A stretch of 63,667 nt of DNA, counting the filler, from Octopus bimaculoides (taxonomy: Eukaryota): assembly GCF_001194135.2 (NCBI RefSeq). It is 7 parts of 7 records of this genome, joined end to end, with 100 filler letters (N's around TTAATTAATTAA, not from the genome) between each part and the next. Parts side by side here need not be neighbours in the genome. Positions count along the whole stretch, not along the records: positions 8,753 to 16,434 come from NC_068983.1; positions 16,535 to 40,669 come from NC_068997.1; 5 more parts are not named here. One strand, 5' to 3'. Of this stretch, positions 12,491-26,007 are shown one piece after another. The notes beneath the pieces were generated by a model. That model was not told where the DNA came from. It did not search any database and saw nothing but the letters and a program-made list of their open reading frames with translations. How positions within the stretch are numbered: position 1 is the stretch's first letter; every line of letters begins with the position of its first letter. Both the position numbers and the translations under genes were made by a program.

Positions 12491-14529
12491 ATTAGCATCA
12501 CTGGCTGAATCCAGTGATTGAAACTAATAAACGAGTGATGTGTAATCAAATAAAAAAACAGAGAGAAAGATACAGAATGAATTTAGAGGTAACTAAACTT
12601 GTATTACCTGGTTAAGATATTATTGTGATACAATCAGTCATTCTGTGACAGTATGTGACCTTGGGATTAGGTTGTTGGATTTGTGATCATTAAAGCATGG
12701 GTTCTGTTCAGTAGTGCATTACATCCTTGAACAAGGCACTTTATTTCATATTACTTCAATACATTCAGCTAATTTGCTTATCAGTTTTTTGACCTCAACC
12801 AGTTGAGCATGTCCTTTCATGGCTGATAATATGTTCATCTCTGATGATGAACAAGAGTAGCAGGGGAGCGTCATAGCCATGTGTTGAGAAGGATTCTTTG
12901 GGGCTTGAATAAATGTAACAAAAGCAAAGCTTGAAGGAAATATTAGCCATTTTTCATACTTTCTAGGAGTAAACAAATAGGAAATAACAATTGCTACCCA
13001 AGGACAAAACTCGTGTCACACAGTGTAATCTAAATAAGTTGTGGCCTTATGAGGCTGTTGGCTTGAGGCAGATTTTAGAAATTTTTGATCAGTCATTGCC
13101 ATTCCTCATTAACCTATGTGCACAGGTGGTTTTGACTTTCCTCCTTAGAATAATTTTCTTGTTAGTTGGTATGTCTAGACACAAAGCAATGACAAACAAG
13201 CTAAATTTCATGTATATTCTGAAAACTTCAAGATTACTCTAGCACATCTATTATATGTAAAGGACGGTCCTTATGATTTGTTTTACTTTGTGTAGATCTA
13301 CAAGTGCTTCGGTCGGCGCCTATATGGCTTCAACAGCAAATATATAATTAATTTTCATATTTTCAGAATAAGTAATTCACATTAGTTTAATAATTTTTTT
13401 TTAGTATATCCCTGTTAGTAAATGCTTCTCATTTTAATCTCTTCACAATATTCTATTCCAATTTCTTTCTGATATGTATAAAAATACCCAACAAAATATC
13501 CAATTCCATTCTCTTTGTTGAAGAAGCCATTAGAACCATCTCAGTTCATTATGAATTCTAGGAAATGTTGGTACATGGAGCTTCAACAAATTAAATTTTA
13601 GGTTATTTTAAACAGACCTAATTATTTTTTTTTGCACATTTTGACTCATTTCACCACTAAATTTTAACTGCCATATTTTATATTTTGTCAATTTAGTGAT
13701 ATCTAAATTTGGTCTAGCTCATAGAATGTCACATGATGATAACTATGAAGTGTGGCAGTAAGAATTTTGTGACAAAAATAGCAATACTATTACAGTCTCA
13801 CTGTTTCTGGAACCATTGTAACTCACACCAAAATAAACATATGTTTACAAAAAAATATTACATTTTGATATTGCAATACATTACACTATTTCAACTGTAA
13901 TTGTGAGTCTGTTTTTCCATTCTTATATAATCTGGAGTATACTTTTTTAATACAATATTTTCAGGCTGTCTGCATGCTTATCTGTTTTAGCTTCTGATAT
14001 TTAGATCTTTAGCTTTGACCATTCTATTTCAGGTTTTATCAAATCATTTTCTACAATCTCTTATAACTTCAGAGTTCAGTTTCCGTTATTTAATTTACTT
14101 CAAATATTCTGTTCAATATGTCTCTAATAGATTCTTTTGATATTTTAACAAAGACTATCCTGAAATTTTGATTGTCTTTATTACAGCTTGATCCTATTAC
14201 ACATGCATGCACACACACACGCACACTCATGCACACATGCACACACACACATACACACACACATAAAGCTTTGTGCTCCACTGTTATAAAGACACCATGT
14301 TACTGTTTCATTTATAGTGTACGTAGATGACATCACTGTATACACAGATACAATACAGTTACTGTTAGAGATGTACTGTTGTAAAACATCACACTGCATA
14401 CATATATAGGCACTACATTACCACTGCCTTTACTATCATACTACTACATTTGTACTGGTTTTAGAAAAAAATTCTTGATACAGGTACAATATCTGAAGCA
14501 AGATTTTCTTAAATTAAAAATTATTGATT

Positions 14530-14812
14530 ATATGAAGGCATGTTGACCTGAAGTTAGGATGTTGCACTCTTGATTGAAAGAATGTGGTTTCATTTCCTGA
14601 ACTAGGCAGTGTGTTATGTTCTGAAGCAAAATGCTTCATTTCATGTTGCTCCAGAATGAGTAACCCTGTCTTAGAAATTCAGACAGTAAATAAGAGTTTA
14701 CTGTCCAATGTCTATATCCATGATTTTTTGTATGTTTTGATCTAATTAGTGGTGCTCCAACGTGGCCACAGCCTTTAGTCTGAAATACATGAAAGAAAAA
14801 GGAAAGGTCTTT
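14530..14812 (+). mobile_element. Composite SINE: head C + CR1-like tail
   Basis: TGTTCTGAAGCAAAATGCTTCATTTCATGTTGCTCCAG, then tail GTGGTGCTCCAACGTGGCCACAGC...CTGAAA(TAC)ATGAAAGAAAAAGG. Confidence 0.6.
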
Positions 14813-15469
14813 AAAAAATTTGATACTGGGAAATTTCAATTTGTTAAAAACTTTTCACTGTTTTTGGTTTTTCAAACACTTGTGTTGTAAGGTAATCTAT
14901 ATTAGATGTAGTTTCTTTCAGTTGGTGTATCGACTATTTGTGGTTTAGTTTTAGATTTAAAATTCTTATAAGGTATTCTCTTATTGCCTTTTGTAGTTGA
15001 TCATTTTCTTCTGATTTTTTTTTATTTTTTTTCAAACGGAATATTTTGAAATTTCCATTTGCACAAATGTCTAGATGTTCACTCCATGAAACATTTCCAT
15101 GAAATGAATCTTTGATTTCTTGCTTGTGTACTCTAAATTTGATATATCAGTCTTTATCCTATTTGGCTAGTAAAAATATCTAACCGACTGATATAAGACT
15201 GGAATGGCACAAACAAAATCAAAAGCAGAACTTAACATAATTGAAACAATTTTAGAAAAAATATCAAATCAACAGGCAATTCTTACCAACAGTACAACTC
15301 TATACAGATTACTCGATAATAGGTGTGTTTGAAAAGCTGTAAAAAGTGAAAGCACTATATGAAAACTTTTTTCATAAAATCTTTGTCATCTGTTTTTTAA
15401 ATATTTAAAAAATATTTATAATGTAATTGATAATTTTTAATTCAAGAAAATCTTTGTTCAAATATATAT

Positions 15470-15990
15470 GCACACACACACACAAACACACACACATCTA
15501 TGAATATATATACATATGTATATATATGTGTGTGTATATGTATATGTATATATATGCATATATNNNNNNNNNNNNNNNNNNNNNNNNNNNNNNNNNNNNN
15601 NNNNNNNNNNNNNNNNNNNNNNNNNNNNNNNNNNNNNNNNNNNNNNNNNNNNNNNNNNNNNNNNNNNNNNNNNNNNNNNNNNNNNNNNNNNNNNNNNNNN
15701 NNNNNNNNNNNNTATATATATATATATATATATATATATGCATGTATATATACATGCATATATATACATACATCATATATATCCATATATACATATATGC
15801 ATCTATATATACACGCTTGTATATACATATGTATATATATGTGTGTGTATATGTATATGTATATATATGCATATATGTATACATGCATATATATGCACAC
15901 ACACACATATATACATATTTATACACACACACATATATACATATATATATACCACACATTATATGCATTTGTACATACATACATGCATAC
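15470..15990. repeat. Compound TA/TG/CA microsatellite with gap
   Basis: Direct inspection; it explains the YI/CV-rich ORFs in the track. Confidence 0.9.
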
Positions 15991-16534
15991 ACCTAATTAC
16001 CTTTACTACCACAGTTGTATTATTTTAAAATACTAAAGCACCAATCTATACAAACACATTATACTATTGCCTTTAAGATTACAATTGTATTGTAATAAAG
16101 CCTCTATTTATGTCTATCCATGACATCACCACTACTCTTACTATCAGAATTTTATTGCTATAAAAGGCATTCTTGATACACATGTACATTAACACTACTA
16201 CCATTACTGGGTTAGTTGTACAGTTACAAACCCCACTCTTCACTGTTGCCTGTATTTTTTCAATTACATTTTATGTGTGTTAATGTAGTGTGCATAAATA
16301 TGCCCTACATTATTAAATTCATGGTCCCACATGTAGCATTATAATGAAAATAATTATATGTGCTTCATAGATATCATAAGTTTAGTTGAAAACCTGAGTG
16401 TATTTATTTGTCAATCAAAGAGATAACAAGCAACNNNNNNNNNNNNNNNNNNNNNNNNNNNNNNNNNNNNNNNNNNNNTTAATTAATTAANNNNNNNNNN
16501 NNNNNNNNNNNNNNNNNNNNNNNNNNNNNNNNNN

Positions 16535-16595
<61 letters not shown>

Positions 16596-17499
16596 CAATT
16601 GAGATTCAGCTGAATTAGGTACTTAAATTGAGGCGCCTTGTTAGGTCTGAGTAACATGAATACTCAACAATATTAAGCGAATATCAGACTTAGTACTTAA
16701 GTGCCGGCCACATGATATTCTTGCAGTGTATGTAGACAATAAGACCCAGCTGAGTGAAGAAATCCGCTATTCAGACATGTATTTTATATTAACATTTACG
16801 AAGCGTAGATTCTAGGATAGGTGAATATAAGCGAGTAACAAATGGATTAACACCTGTACTTTTTTGTTACTCCCTTATATATATATATATGCATATATGG
16901 GTACAGGACATCATCAACTGTAAACAACATGAAGTACATCCTAAGGACTGGATTCTTCTATCTCTCTCTTCTATCTTTCTTTTTTCAAAGAAAATATTTC
17001 TCCCAGCGTTCCCTATTTTCCCCTCGTTCTGGTCCAACGACTCACCATGCTTGTTTTCGATCTGTTTCCTTATATGTCTCCACTGTCCTTTGCCGTTGAA
17101 TGCTCGAAATGAGGAGTAGCTAGACAGCTGACAACTGCTGAAGGGTCGTTCTTTGTGTTACTTTTCCGGGTACTTAAACATAACAACACCAGTTGTGAAG
17201 CGGTGGAGTGTGGTGGACATCCTCAGACATAAAGGCGCGCGCACAGGCACACACACACACACACAAACATATATATATAATATTCATAGAAGTTTAATCC
17301 TTTTGTTAAAATTCCATTCTTAATAATCTTCTTGATTACCCTGAATTTTAACTTTGTACAATGAGACAATATTGTTTGAAGTGATCTTTAGAGATTACTT
17401 GATTTATCTCTTTCTTAAATGGCTCTGCCCTCCTGATCTTAGTATTTTATAAAGACCTTTATATAAATAACCCTTCTAAACAAGTACCACCAAGAAACT

Positions 17500-18480
17500 A
17501 TAAATATCATATAAGGAGTAACAATAGTAACTTCTTAAACCTATAATATAATCCCTCAGTTTTTATATATAGAAAGATTAGTGTAAAATTTTAAAGTTCC
17601 ACAACTTAAATATTCGTTTAACTGACACCAGACATCAGTGTTTTATTGACATTAGCTAAATAAGTAGATATATAAGTTTTTAATCCAATATATTTTGAAT
17701 TATTATACTTTTTCTACAAATCTTCTCTATTGGTGTTAATAAGCTAAATATAATTTACCATAGCACTAGTAATTAAGCTATTTTATTTCTATGATAATCT
17801 GCCCTTATTGATTATTTTATTTCATTTCTTTATTAATTTGTAATTAGCCTTTCTTTATTCATAAAAATTTAAGCTAATCTTTATATCTCTATATATTCAT
17901 ACTTAGCTTATATAAAACTATACTGGTATATTCACTACATATAAAAAAAAACTGCTTAGAATATAATTTTATCAGTATATGATTAGAATGTTCTTTTACC
18001 TTAATACTCCTTTATCAATACCAGTATATACCAACTAATCAATATTCATAGATACCATTTGATGAGTTAGTATTTAAGTGTACAATATATATAAATATTA
18101 AACATCTTGTTTTAAGTTTTCCTTTACCAAACCTCATGATTTTTATGACTATACCAACTATGATTTCTGTCTGCTCTCTTAGCCCTACCCCTAACAGATA
18201 ATGCCCTTTATTCTCTCAGCTTTAGATATACAAGTTTTGATAAACTAGTCTATAAATTAAAATTGACCACATAAAAAGAAATAAAATCAGTGACAGGCAG
18301 AGTCTTCTTGATAATTTATTCATTAACTTCTATGCTGAAGTAGAGGCAACATGTTCTTTATCTATCTCCTTAATTTCTTGGAAATTTTAGGTATGATTAT
18401 ACTAATGTGTCCATCTGTTCTAATTTAATTAAATTCTATGACTTTGTGCAGCTGAGGATTGCCCTGCATTTTAAAATGAT
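17500..18480 (-). mobile_element. Possible ancient, AT-drifted CR1/L2-type LINE 3' remnant
   Basis: Short minus-strand peptides CISKAERIKGII, IRAD...KI and SVKRIFKLWN resemble CR1 C-terminal motifs (SKANRxLGxI, RGDLIExYKI, RVVNxWNxLP) in the expected order, but very degenerate. Confidence 0.3.
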
Positions 18481-19276
18481 GTAATGATTACATTGTTCAA
18501 TTAAATGGAGTTGCATGAAACAATCGTACTGCATTATCTCTGGATATCCTTGTTGCTTATTTTGATTTTAATCACCTTATTTTGAAATTGTATGGATAAT
18601 ACCGTACTAAATTCTGGTTGCCACGCTGGTGGTGGCGGCAGCAGCATTGGTTGTGAAGGGAACGTTGTAAATCCATCTGGAAAAACCATTCCGTGCTTAT
18701 ATGTGTGTGGTGATGATGAAGTAAATCTAAGTGACAGTAGATGTTATTGTGTCAGCGCTGGCGGTGTTGTTGTTTCTGGCGGAGATGTTGGAGTCCGGTG
18801 GTGGTACGATTATATCACATGTTATGATACTAGGTTAGATGATCTCTTCTGGAATGTTTCCCACTGTGTCCCACGAAACCCTCTCGACGGAATATGATGT
18901 GTAAGGAAGAGCATGAAGCGATAGCGGCAGGAGTGGTGATGTTTGCTTAGAGATTTAGGTAGAGGTGTACAATGAAATGAGGAACATATTGTAAGGCGAA
19001 CATATTGTAAGATAAGGAGAATTTATACCCTCCTCTGTTATGAACCCAATAACACTCTGGGAGTGATGTTCATAAGTGTGTGTGGATATTTCTTAAGTTA
19101 CTTTGCTTAATTATATGCATGCGCATGCTCAAGTGCGCACACATACGTTGTTGTGAATGTAGTATCTGCGTTTAGAAGAAGCACGCTCTTACAAATGTAC
19201 ATATATATATATACAAACACAGACATATATATTTTGTGCATATATATTTTGTGTGTATAAATACATTTAAATATAT

Positions 19277-19423
19277 GTGCATGGTTGTGTGGTAAGAAGT
19301 TTGCTTCCCCAACCACATGGTTCAGGCTTCAGTCCCACTACGTGGCACCTTGGGCAAGTGTATTCTAATATAGCCTCGGGTCGACCAAAGCCTTGTGAAT
19401 GGATTTGGTTGACGGAAACTGAA
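19277..19423 (+). mobile_element. SINE head B followed by (TG)/(TATG)n
   Basis: GGTTGTGTGGTAAGAAGTTTGCTTCCCAACCACATGG...GGCACCTTGGGCAAGTG...GACGGAAACTGAA. Confidence 0.85.
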
Positions 19424-20544
19424 TGTGTGTGTTTGTGTATGTGTAAATATATATACGCATGTATGTATGTATGTATGTATGTATGTATGTATGAGTTGCA
19501 AAGAAAAGAATGGTCACCCAATACATGTAGTAGAGTTTATTTGGAAAGAGTTAATGATCCATTCTTTCGCAACTCGGAGCTTATCACTCCCTGCTGTCGT
19601 TCAGGCGACTAAGAGATCAACGTACATTATTCGTAAACACTGCATCTCATTTTTACGGATGTTATTGATACTAATGTTGAAGAAGTGAATACTGCAGTCG
19701 AGTAATCTGTGTCAAAGAGGTTACCTAGACTGGAATTGGAAGATTTTGTGAACGAGCTTTTCCCTATCACGACTGAATGAGTGTCTCTGCTCTTCTATTT
19801 AACAATTCTGACGATGTATCGTAACCTGGAACTTCTTGAAGAAACACAAGTGCATTTTGTTCCTACTTATGTATATGAGGGTATTCTGTTCCCAATATTC
19901 TATGTAATTCCAGAGATATTACGATGTGGGAATAGAATTAATTCCATCTCTAGGTCTAGATGAGTGTACGTTTTGGACGTATCTAATCTTGGAGGTGTTT
20001 GTCAGTTCCATAAAAATTACTTTTCGATAACGTTTGCACGAGTTATGTGTGAACAACTCAATCTTTCACCTGGCAGTTATTACCCAATAAAAGACATATT
20101 TAAGCACACGCGCACACATACATTTTTAAAAATGGCTCCTTAATGATTTTATATGTGTTCTTTTATCCTTAAAACTTATGTCAGCTAAAACGTAGGTGTG
20201 ATATCATAACCAAAACTACATTCCGAAAATTGTGGTTCTCTTCGCGAACCTGAGAACATTTGCCCTCCAAACAAATAATTGACTCCACAAGTCACAACTA
20301 CGGCCAACGTAAGAGTTAGGATGCCGTTTGTAGGTCATGCAGAGTTTTATTAGACAGCAATTAAAACTAAAATGCCATCTTGCATTTCAATAACCCCGCT
20401 ATCTATTTTCTATGATAATTCCTGTTCCTCGCTCGTAGGAATGTGTTTTATACTCCGTTCAAGCCTATCCGAATGATTGATAACTTATTTTTGTCTTTTC
20501 TTTCTCCTTAATCTCATAATTTTCTTTCTTATAAGAACTACCTT

Positions 20545-20755
20545 TATCTTTTATCTTTTATTTGTTTGAATCATTAGACTGTGGCCAAGCTGGGGCACCA
20601 CCCCCAAGAGTTTTTACTCAAAAGAATCAGCCCCATGCCTTATTTTTTTCCACTAAATCTGGCGTTTATGCTACCGGACTCTTTTGCTGAACCGCACTGT
20701 GACAGGGACGTAAACACACCAACAGCAGTGGTGAAAGACAAACGCAGACACAAAG

Positions 20756-20831
<76 letters not shown>

Positions 20832-21017
20832 NNNNNNNNNNATATATATATATACGACAGGCGTCTTTCAATTTCCATCTACCAAATCCCTCACAAGTTC
20901 CTGGTCGGTCCGAGGCTGGAGTAGAAAACACTTGCCTAATATGCCATACAGTGAGATTAAACTCAGAACCATGTGGTTGGGAAGCAAGCTTCTTACCATA
21001 CAGCCACGCCTACACCT
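20545..21017 (-). mobile_element. Composite SINE: head B + internal (TA)n(TG)n + body + CR1-like tail
   Basis: Head 20855-21017, microsatellite 20755-20853, tail (minus strand) GGTGGTGCCCCAGCTTGGCCACAGTC...AAATAAAAGATAAAAG. Confidence 0.75.
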
Positions 21018-21110
21018 ATATTCGTCTAGAATATCTTCCTTGTTCACATTTTCCTTCAAGAAATAAAGTTCATAGTAAAAACTAACGGCATTGACCTTCT
21101 TATTGTAAGA

Positions 21111-21457
21111 CAGTGGTTCTCAGTCGGAGTCCATATGGCCCCTGAGGGCCCATATAAGATCTTTGGGGGTCCACACAGTAAAATAGTAAATTGGGTATTC
21201 ACAATAGTATTTTAAGGGCTCCTGAAAGTATTCTGTTGTAGATGTGTGTATTGGTATGTACTGCAAGAAACAGCTGGGTTTCTTTCATTTTATGTAGTCC
21301 AACCAACACAAATTAGTGCGTAAAAAATAAAATAGGAATTCTGAAAGAAACATCTATAAAACTAGTTTTTAACTATGTAATGGCTATGGGAGTCCACCAG
21401 ACTAAAATAGTAATGGAAGAGGTTCATAGGTAAAAAAAAAACGGTTGAAAACTACTG
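21111..21457 (+). mobile_element. hAT-type MITE
   Basis: Ends CAGTGGTTCTCA...GGTTGAAAACTACTG; same family as 50523-50861. TSD degenerate. Confidence 0.7.
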
Positions 21458-21489
21458 CTCTGGGAGAACGGTATAAACCGAACCAACGA

Positions 21490-21670
21490 CCTGTTAGACG
21501 CAGCAGTCAAATTTCTTTCAAATTACATGCTACCGTCTTTAAAAATTCCTGTTAAATAATGTTGCTTGGATTTCATTCAGATACAAAAAAAAAAACAGAT
21601 GGTCACGGGTAGAATACCTTTAACTGGGTCTGCTCGATCAGAGCTGACCCGGGGCTATACAAAAACCATA
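21490..21670 (+). mobile_element. SINE-like fragment related to the repeat fragment in the 436-1860 array
   Basis: GCAGTCAAATTTCTTTCAAATTACATGCTACCGTCTTTAAA...GATGGTCACGG...GGTCTGCTCGATCAG. A reverse-strand piece occurs near 43290. Confidence 0.45.
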
Positions 21671-22131
21671 TAAGCTTCAGTTGGCGGTTCTTCTGATCTG
21701 ACTACATGATATAAAATAGATCCGATCAATTAATTCTTTTCTATATCAGCATACACATTTACTCATTTAGTCTAATAAAGATAATGATACATACGTACGC
21801 ACAAACGCGCGCGCACGCATATATGTATGTATGTCTGCCTGTATGTATGTATGTATGTATGTATGTATGTATGAGTGCATATATATATGTATATGTCATT
21901 TAAATTTCAAGAAAGATGCTTCTAATCATCCGATAGAATTAGCTAGTTTCTAAATTTAATTTAGTATTATTCTTTCATTTCGCACTCACCTCTCTACACT
22001 CTTTTTCTTTCTGAATCTCTCTCTCTATCTCTCTCTCACTCTCTCTGTTTAACTCACACACATCCTCCTCCCCTCCTCTTCCTACTCCCCTCTCCCTCTC
22101 TTTAACTCACACCTCCTCCTCATCATCATCA

Positions 22132-22203
<72 letters not shown>

Positions 22204-22544
22204 GCCACGCACACTTACTATCAGACACGTACACAACTACATGCATGCTTAGAAATGCTTGCAACAATGAGCATCATTATTTTTCTCCAATTATTCTTTA
22301 AATTCCTATTTTACTCCAGTCGACCAATTATTTTATCAAATCTATTTAAAAATAAAATTGAAATATTCCAGTCTTTCTTTTTGTCTTTCTCCATCTCTCT
22401 CACCCCCTCTCTCCCTGTGCATGTACATCTTTCTACATGTAATGTGCAGTGTACTTTTATACTGGCATACAAAATCATTATTATATATTATATACTATAT
22501 CCATATATTCATTTATATAATATATACTATAAACATTCTTGGTT

Positions 22545-22770
22545 AAGTGATTAAAGAAGCTGCCTCACAACCTTGAAGTTTTCAGTTCGATCCCATTGTA
22601 TGGCAGCTTGAGCAAATGACTTTATCACAACCTCTGATTGACCTAACGCTTGTGTATGCAACAGGGTAGATGGAATTCCATTTGATGGATTGTAACTGTC
22701 ATTTAAAGATCCGGTTTTGTCTCACAGTGTAACACCCTGATTCTGCCCGAAGAACATCAAAGGTAGGAGT

Positions 22771-22801
<31 letters not shown>

Positions 22802-22830
22802 AAATACTCAGCTACTGATTGAGTAATTAG
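22545..22830 (+). mobile_element. Degenerate SINE: B-like head + module E body
   Basis: CAGTTCGATCCC...CTTGAGCAAAT, then TGTCTCACAGTGTAACACCCTGATTCTGCCCGAAGAAC...ATACTCAGCTACT resembling the body at 39710-39790. Confidence 0.45.
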
Positions 22831-22912
22831 TTAATAATTAGTTGATAATAATGGAAGTATACTACAAGTAAATGTAACTTTTTTACGACGCTCCCGAAGT
22901 ACAATGTACTGC

Positions 22913-22954
22913 TCTACATTGATAAGGGGCAATACCCCGAAACTAGTCTGTAGA
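22913..22954 (+). ncRNA. Type I hammerhead ribozyme motif with U3-A8 core covariation (family 2)
   Basis: UCUACA-UUGAUAA-[GGGG caaua CCCC]-GAAA-C ua G-UC^UGUAGA. Six-bp stem I, four-bp GC stem II, palindromic ACUAGU stem III, GUC triplet ending at 22948. Confidence 0.8.
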
Positions 22955-24098
22955 TGCCAGACCAGCAAGGTGAAGCGGCTGACCTCCCTTGTTCGAAGGT
23001 TATAAAGGACACGGGTTCGTGTGTCACATAGCTAGCTAGAGGCGATGGCTTCTTGGAGCTAATCAACGGCAGCATTCGTCCTATTTTGGGGACTGCCATG
23101 TTGGCTTAGCAATAACTATTAATATCCAGTACCGCTGCCGTAGTCTCTTTTAGAGAAACTTAGAAATATTAATATCTCTATTATATANNNNNNNNNNNNN
23201 NNNNNNNNNNNNNNNNNNNNNNNNNNNNNNNNNNNNNNNNNNNNNNNNNNNNNNNNNNNNNNNNNNNNNNNNNNNNNNNNNNNNNNNNNNNNNNNNNNNN
23301 NNNNNNNNNNNNNNNNNNNNNNNNNNNNNNNNNNNNNNNNNNNNNNNNNNNNNNNNNNNNNNNNNNNNNNNNNNNNNNNNNNNNNNNNNNNNNNNNNNNN
23401 NNNNNNNNNNNNNNNNNNNNNNNNNNNNNNNNNNNNNNNNNNNNNNNNNNNNNNNNNNNNNNNNNNNNNNNNNNNNNNNNNNNNNNNNNNNNNNNNNNNN
23501 NNNNNNNNNNNNNNNNNNNNNNNNNNNNNNNNNNNNNNNNNNNNNNNNNNNNNNNNNNNNNNNNNNNNNNNNNNNNNNNNNNNNNNNNNNNNNNNNNNNN
23601 NNNNNNNNNNNNNNNNNNNNNNNNNNNNNNNNNNNNNNNNNNNNNNNNNNNNNNNNNNNNNNNNNNNNNNNNNNNNNNNNNNNNNNNNNNNNNNNNNNNN
23701 NNNNNNTATATATATATATATGCTGCGCAGAAACAATTGTAGTGAATGAAAATAAATGATCACTCATACTCCTTAGCACATTCCAACTTTTTCAATAATC
23801 TATTCACACATGACAGAAGCCCAAACGAAAACTTGGAAGTATAATACTATAAACAAAATAACACAAGGTGAAATCTGAAGGTGGCGGAGCTTTATACTGT
23901 ACTCTGATAATTCTTAAACGAGAATGTTGCTAACAGTGACTTCGAAGTTTCGGCCAGCTAAACCATTGCCAAAGACATTCTTGTTTAAGGATTATAAATT
24001 TGTACTCTATAAAAGTATAAAGTAACCTACCAGATTTATGTGGAAATTGTTTTTATTATAACTGAATGCAAATAAAAAAGTAATATATATATATTCAC

Positions 24099-24135
<37 letters not shown>

Positions 24136-24296
24136 CGTGTGCGTGTGTGTGCATTGTATCTTGGGAAGGTTTTAAATACACACACACATACATTCATACA
24201 CGTATATATGTATGTGTGTGCATACATGCATATATATGTATGTATGTATGTACATATATACGTATGTATGTATGTATGTATGTCTATCGTTTATGT

Positions 24297-24513
24297 TTTA
24301 TCTGTTTCAGTCATGGAACTGTGGTCATGCTGGGGCACTGTCTTGAGGCGTTTAGTTGAACAAGTCGAACTCAGTACGAACTTTTTTAACCCGCTCTTAT
24401 TCTATCGGTCTCTTTGCGAACCACCATGTTGCGGGGATGTTAACAAGCTAACACCAGTTCACAGCGATGGCGGTAGGATTAAACACAAAGATAAACACAT
24501 ACATGCATACACA

Positions 24514-24568
<55 letters not shown>

Positions 24569-24723
24569 ATACATACGATAAGCTTCCACACACTTTCTGA
24601 TTTTCAAATTCTCTCACAAGGTACTGGTCGGTCAAAGGATTTAGTAGAAGACACACACCAAAGGTACCACACAGTGGAACTGAACCCGAAACCACGTGAT
24701 TTGGCTCTTAACCGCGCAGCTAT
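24297..24723 (-). mobile_element. Composite SINE: head B + internal (TG)n + body + CR1-like tail
   Basis: Head 24575-24723, (CA)n about 24510-24570, tail (minus strand) GTGCCCCAGCATGACCACAGTTCCATGACTGAAACAGATAAAA. Confidence 0.75.
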
Positions 24724-25088
24724 CACTTCGCGCGCGCGCGCACACACATATACATGTATATATTTATGCGTATGTGTATGTGTATATGTATATATATACA
24801 CATACACACAGAGACACACACACATACACACACACTCGCTTACAATCATGTATGTTTGTATGACTCTGTGTGTGTATGTCTGTGTGTGTCTGTATGTGTG
24901 CGTGTGTGCATTCGTGTGTGTGTGTGTGTGTGTCCGCGCGTGTGCATAATTTCATCATTTTGATCCCATGCATGACCATACTTGTAAGCTTACTTTTTCG
25001 TATAGGGTCGTATGTATTGTTAGGTTTAAGAAATAAATAGATACTATTATATGTATTGTATACGTCTCCCGGGTTTCGTTACACAAAC

Positions 25089-25124
<36 letters not shown>

Positions 25125-25628
25125 ACAAGCCATGTACTTGTTGCATCGTGTAATAAAATACCACAGAAAAAGTCATGTGTTGTGTGTAGCCAGTAATGTA
25201 AGGACGAGACATAATATAGGTGATGAATACAGTGACATCAATATGATAGAGATATCCAGCAATTAACCTCAAAGCACTGCAGCAGTCCATAGTACACATT
25301 ACCCTACTTATTATATACTTAGTGGGACACGTAAACACACTCGCGCGCGCATTTAATTTAAAATTAACGATTAAGATTTCAGTATAAATGAAAGATGTAC
25401 TAATCTCAGGTAGGTAAAGCACATGACATGTACCGGGATTTGAATCTCTTAGGTACTGCATAATGACTACCGTATTACCAATTTCACTCAGAGGTCTTGC
25501 CGTGTTTTTCCTATAGATACGTTTACTTATAGACTATTACAGTACCTCACTATATATGAACTAAGGTACCCTCCCACTGATAATTTTATAGTCACTCAAG
25601 CCCTAGACGATAAATTTAAGTGCATGTG

Positions 25629-25706
<78 letters not shown>

Positions 25707-25913
25707 AATATATATGAAATATATCGCTTTCTAACTTCTACTATTTTCGTTGAATTTGGTTCAAAGTGGATTTCTCTTAGATTCAGTACCCAATTCATGA
25801 TAGAAGTGTAGAGGTTTCTTCTTTTGAACTTGTCACAACGGTAGTTTCAACCGACACAAAACACCAAGTATTAATAATACAGTGTAGGTCGAAATAAATG
25901 TTGTGCTAACTTG

Positions 25914-26007
<94 letters not shown>

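Noticed and set aside
16479-16490. Recurrent TTAATTAATTAA motif as a biological element
   Set aside because: Always embedded between N runs; it is a scaffolding linker.
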